DNA of 32,000 nt. It comes from Flavobacteriaceae bacterium. Its GTDB lineage: Bacteria > Bacteroidota > Bacteroidia > Flavobacteriales > Flavobacteriaceae. The notes under the pieces are model-generated. The model saw nothing but the letters and a program-made list of their open reading frames with translations, did not search any database and was not told the origin of the DNA. The position numbers and the translations under genes are program-made. The stretch lies in NCBI GenBank assembly GCA_965224465.1, contig OZ245049.1, forward strand, positions 1,740,001 to 1,772,000, in the 5' to 3' direction. Positions 28,480 through 32,000 of this stretch are shown piece after piece; within the stretch, counting starts at the first letter, position 1; every line of letters begins with the position of its first letter.

Positions 28480-28604
28480 TTATATCAACAATACAAAATA
28501 ACCGATATAAATAGTTTGTTTTACGTTCTAGCGTTGTTAAAAAATAAAACGACAGCTATGGCTAACCTTCCATTTTTTCCCTAGCTACAACAAAAAATAA
28601 TTCC
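28480..28604 (+). repeat. Dispersed element copy C (homologous to 19276-19455)
   Basis: cttatatcaacaatacaaaataaccgatataaatagtttgttttacgttctagcgttgttaaaaaataaaacg... aligns with copy A. It has an internal inverted repeat ttatatc (28480-28486) / gatataa (28504-28510). It lies between the mdh terminator and the fhs stop. Confidence 0.6.
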
Positions 28605-28633
28605 ATTTCTAAATCGTCGCTTGAAAATGTATT

Positions 28634-30310
28634 TTAAGACAGTCCAGATATTACTCCATCATTATCTATATCCATATGCTCCGATGCAGGTGTCGCAGGC
28701 AAACCAGGCATACGCATCATTTTACCTAAAATAGGAATTACAAACCTTGCACCTGCCGCTATTTCTATTTCACGAACCGTAATTGTAAAATTCTCTGGCC
28801 TACCGACTTCGGATTCATTGTCTGAAAAAGACTTTTGAGTTTTTGCCATACACACCGCAAAGTCACTAAAGCCTAAACGATCAATTCTACGTAAATTCAA
28901 TTTTGCTTTTTTATCATAATCCACTTGTGTAGCCCCGTAGATTTCACGTGCAATAATTTCAATTTTCTCCTTAATTGGAGCACTCCAATCATACAGAGGT
29001 TTGAATTTTGTGGTGTTATTTTCCACAACATTCACCACCGCTTCTGCTAACTTTTTGGTCCCCTTACCACCTTTTGCCCATCCTTCAGACACAACAGCTT
29101 GCACTCCTAAATCAGTACACTTTTCAATTACATATTCAATTTCCTCATAAGAATCTGTTACAAATGCATTGATAGCAACAACGGGTTCAAGATTAAATTT
29201 ACGAATGTTTTCGATATGCTTTTCAAGATTACAAAAACCTGAACGCACAAATGCAATATTTGGCGTGTTAAATGCATCTTTCTTAGCCCCTCCATGATGA
29301 CGCAATGCTCTAATGGTAGCTACCAGCACCACAGCTTTTGGATTTAATCCCGCATGCGCACATTTAATATTTAAGAACTTCTCAGCGCCGAGGTCTGCAC
29401 CAAAACCTGCTTCAGTTACCACATATTTAGATAAAGAAAGTCCCATTTTAGTAGCTAAAATACTATTGGTTCCTTGTGCAATATTCGCAAAAGGTCCCCC
29501 GTGAATAATCGCAGGATTTTCTTCAAGCGTTTGTACTAAATTGGGTTTTATAGCATCTTTCAATAGAATTGCCATGGCATTCTCTGCTTTTAAATCTCTT
29601 GCAAAAACAGCTTTTTTATCAAAGGTAAATCCAATAAAAATATCACCCAAACGTTTTTTCAAATCAGAAAAATCAGAAGCCATACACAAAATAGCCATCA
29701 CTTCAGAAGCGGGTGTAATATTAAAACCATCTTCTCGAGGTATGCCGTTAGCCGTCCCTCCTAAACCAATGGTAATTTGTCTTAAAGCGCGATCGTTCAT
29801 ATCTATCACACGTTTCCAAAAAATGGTTCGCGCATCCAAATTCAAACTACAGCACTTGCTTTGAAGGTTATTATCAATCAAAGCAGACAATAAATTATTT
29901 GCCTTTTCTATGGCGTTAAAATCTCCTGTAAAATGCAGGTTAATATCCTCCATGGGTACCACTTGCGAATAGCCACCTCCTGCTGCTCCTCCTTTAATGC
30001 CAAATACAGGCCCCAGAGACGGCTCTCTTAAAACCACCATAGCTTGCTCACCTATTTGATTTAATCCTTCCGTTAAACCGATAGAAACCGTAGTTTTTCC
30101 TTCCCCTGCAGGTGTAGGTGTCAAAGCAGTTACTAATACAAGGTTGTTATTTTTAATCTTTTCTTCGTCAATTAAATGCAATGGCAATTTGGCTTTGTAC
30201 TTTCCATACATTTCCAAATCATCTTCATCAATATTTAATTTTTCAGCAATATATTTAATGTGTATCAGCTTTTTATTTTGCGCTATTTCAATATCACTCA
30301 GGTGCTTCAT
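28634..30310 (-). CDS. fhs: Formate--tetrahydrofolate ligase
   Basis: 558 aa with the PTPAGEGKTT P-loop and full-length FTHFS-like sequence. Confidence 0.95.
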   Translation of the reverse strand: MKHLSDIEIAQNKKLIHIKYIAEKLNIDEDDLEMYGKYKAKLPLHLIDEEKIKNNNLVLVTALTPTPAGEGKTTVSIGLTEGLNQIGEQAMVVLREPSLGPVFGIKGGAAGGGYSQVVPMEDINLHFTGDFNAIEKANNLLSALIDNNLQSKCCSLNLDARTIFWKRVIDMNDRALRQITIGLGGTANGIPREDGFNITPASEVMAILCMASDFSDLKKRLGDIFIGFTFDKKAVFARDLKAENAMAILLKDAIKPNLVQTLEENPAIIHGGPFANIAQGTNSILATKMGLSLSKYVVTEAGFGADLGAEKFLNIKCAHAGLNPKAVVLVATIRALRHHGGAKKDAFNTPNIAFVRSGFCNLEKHIENIRKFNLEPVVAINAFVTDSYEEIEYVIEKCTDLGVQAVVSEGWAKGGKGTKKLAEAVVNVVENNTTKFKPLYDWSAPIKEKIEIIAREIYGATQVDYDKKAKLNLRRIDRLGFSDFAVCMAKTQKSFSDNESEVGRPENFTITVREIEIAAGARFVIPILGKMMRMPGLPATPASEHMDIDNDGVISGLS

Positions 30311-30534
30311 AAATAAGTCGTTTTAATATATTTTTATAAAAATGAATGACTTTAATTTGACTCCCGATAAGCACACAATAAAACATGCGAAAATTTCTAA
30401 AAATTAAAAATTGGGATCCTAAAATCATGACAACAAATATAGTAAAAACAGCCCTTTGAAACGACATAAAAATTTACATAAGAAAATAAGCTGATAAAAA
30501 CACTAAAACTATTGGCTTTTGCAGTCTGAAATCA

Positions 30535-30542
30535 TATATTTG
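30535..30542 (+). promoter_or_regulatory. Candidate -7 promoter box (TATATTTG) for secDF
   Basis: It lies 43 nt upstream of the ATG at 30585. A TTG sits about 20 nt upstream of the box. Confidence 0.4.
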
Positions 30543-30584
30543 CACGTTTCTTACAAATTTTAAGATTTAATAAATAAGATTATA

Positions 30585-32000
30585 ATGCAGAACAAAGGAC
30601 TTATCAAGTTATTCGCTATTCTATTTGGAATAGTAAGTTTATATCAATTATCGTTTACTTATTTTACAAATGGTGTTGAGAATAAAGCAAAGGTTTACGC
30701 CACAACTCGAACAGAGGATGGGAAAAAACTAGCAGACCTAGAAAGAAAATATTTGGACTCCGTTTCAAATTTAACTATCATTAATTTAGGCTTCTCTCAA
30801 TTTAGCTATAACGAAATTAAAGATAAGTCGATCAACTTAGGGTTGGATTTAAAAGGAGGAATCAATGCTATATTACAAGTATCCGTAAAAGATATTTTAA
30901 TTGGTTTATCTAACGAATCTAAAAACGCAACTTTTAACGAAGCATTAGCAAAAGCTACGGAGCTTCAAAAAAGAAGCAACGAAACATTTTTAGACTTGTT
31001 CTTCCAAGAATTTAAAACCTTAAGTGCAGGTAAAGTCAAATTAAGTGACCCAAGCATCTTCGGAAATAAATCTTTGCGTGAGAAAATAAACTTTAAGATG
31101 TCTAACGCAGAAGTACAACCTATCATTGAGTTAGAAGTTACAGGATCTGTAAACACTGCTTTTGAGGTATTGCGTAGTCGTATTGATAAATTTGGAGTTA
31201 CACAGCCAAACATTCAACGTATTGGACAATCTGGTCGTATCTTAATTGAATTACCTGGTGCAAAAGACATAGAGCGTGTACAACGTTTATTGCAAAGCAC
31301 TGCGGAATTACAATTCTGGGAAGTATACACCAATCAAGAAATTCAAAACTTTCTATTCCAAGCAAACACTGTAATTGAAGCATCTTTAGTTCAAGAAGAA
31401 GAAGAAGAAGACACTACAAGTCCAGAAAAATCGAAAGAAGATGAACTGGAAAATTTATTAGGAGCTGATACTGATTCAACCACCGTTAAAAAAGCAAACA
31501 ACTTATTTTCTATATTCTCTCCGAACATCGCACAAAGTGCTGCTCAATTGAGTTCTGTTATAGGAAACGCCGCTGTTTCTGACACTGCTAAGGTAAACAA
31601 GTACCTTGCAATGAAAGACGTTAGAACATTATTACCTAACGAATTAAAATACGTAAAGTTTTTATGGGATGCCAAGCCATTCACAGGAACGCTAACTACA
31701 GGTGAAAAGAAAGAAATGATCAACCTTTACGCGATCAAATCTAACAGAGAAGATATAGCTCCAATAGAAGGAGATGTAATTGATGACGCTTCTCAAACTT
31801 ATGACCAATACGGTTCTAGTCCAGAAGTAAGTATGACTATGAACTCTTTAGGGACTAAGTTATGGGCTAAAATGACAACAGAAAATGCAGGTAAATTTGT
31901 AGCAGTAGTTTTAGATAACTACGTATACACTGCACCACATGTAAACGACCCTATTACCACTGGACGCACTTCTATCTCTGGAGGAAGCATGACTGTCACA
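30585..32000 (+). CDS. secDF: Protein translocase subunit SecDF (fused; N-terminal 472 aa, continues beyond the window)
   Basis: Absent from the ORF track because there is no stop in the window. Manual translation from the ATG at 30585 is open to position 32000. It reads MQNKGLIKLFAILFGIVSLYQLSFTYF ... LGLDLKGGINAILQVS ... VTQPNIQRIGQSGRILIELPGAKD. The listed minus-strand ORFs at 30965..31383 are shadows. Confidence 0.92.
   Translation, partial: MQNKGLIKLFAILFGIVSLYQLSFTYFTNGVENKAKVYATTRTEDGKKLADLERKYLDSVSNLTIINLGFSQFSYNEIKDKSINLGLDLKGGINAILQVSVKDILIGLSNESKNATFNEALAKATELQKRSNETFLDLFFQEFKTLSAGKVKLSDPSIFGNKSLREKINFKMSNAEVQPIIELEVTGSVNTAFEVLRSRIDKFGVTQPNIQRIGQSGRILIELPGAKDIERVQRLLQSTAELQFWEVYTNQEIQNFLFQANTVIEASLVQEEEEEDTTSPEKSKEDELENLLGADTDSTTVKKANNLFSIFSPNIAQSAAQLSSVIGNAAVSDTAKVNKYLAMKDVRTLLPNELKYVKFLWDAKPFTGTLTTGEKKEMINLYAIKSNREDIAPIEGDVIDDASQTYDQYGSSPEVSMTMNSLGTKLWAKMTTENAGKFVAVVLDNYVYTAPHVNDPITTGRTSISGGSMTVT

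Overview
AT-rich segment (about one-third G+C by eye, not computed). It has Bacteroidota/Flavobacteriia hallmarks: fused SecDF, fused CcsBA, and TAnnTTTG -7 boxes 20-65 nt upstream of several start codons. I support 23 protein genes. Housekeeping genes sit on the flanks: recQ (partial), asnB, guaA, gyrB, mdh, fhs and secDF (partial). The centre (5.8-13.8 kb, minus strand) is a nitric-oxide module. It comprises an Rrf2/NsrR-like regulator, norC-norB-norQ-norD, then a RIC di-iron repair protein, a DUF438 hemerythrin-PAS protein, a CoxIII-like (NorE-like) protein and a 77-aa CoxIV-like membrane protein. This module is bracketed by tryptophanase and the cytochrome c maturation gene ccsBA. I recognise no rRNA, tRNA, CRISPR array, transposase or integrase. 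The least explained part is a 1.25 kb ORF-free, repeat-dense gap (19181-20425); part of one of its elements recurs in the mdh/fhs intergenic region (28480-28604). Other observations are candidate operators shared by the ric, nor and Rrf2 promoters, a 15-bp inverted repeat around the OmpA-family promoter, a possible leader peptide upstream of tnaA, and an A12 tract upstream of a beta-barrel gene. All functional calls rest on motif recognition by eye, with no database search. I cannot show that a genuinely new system is present.
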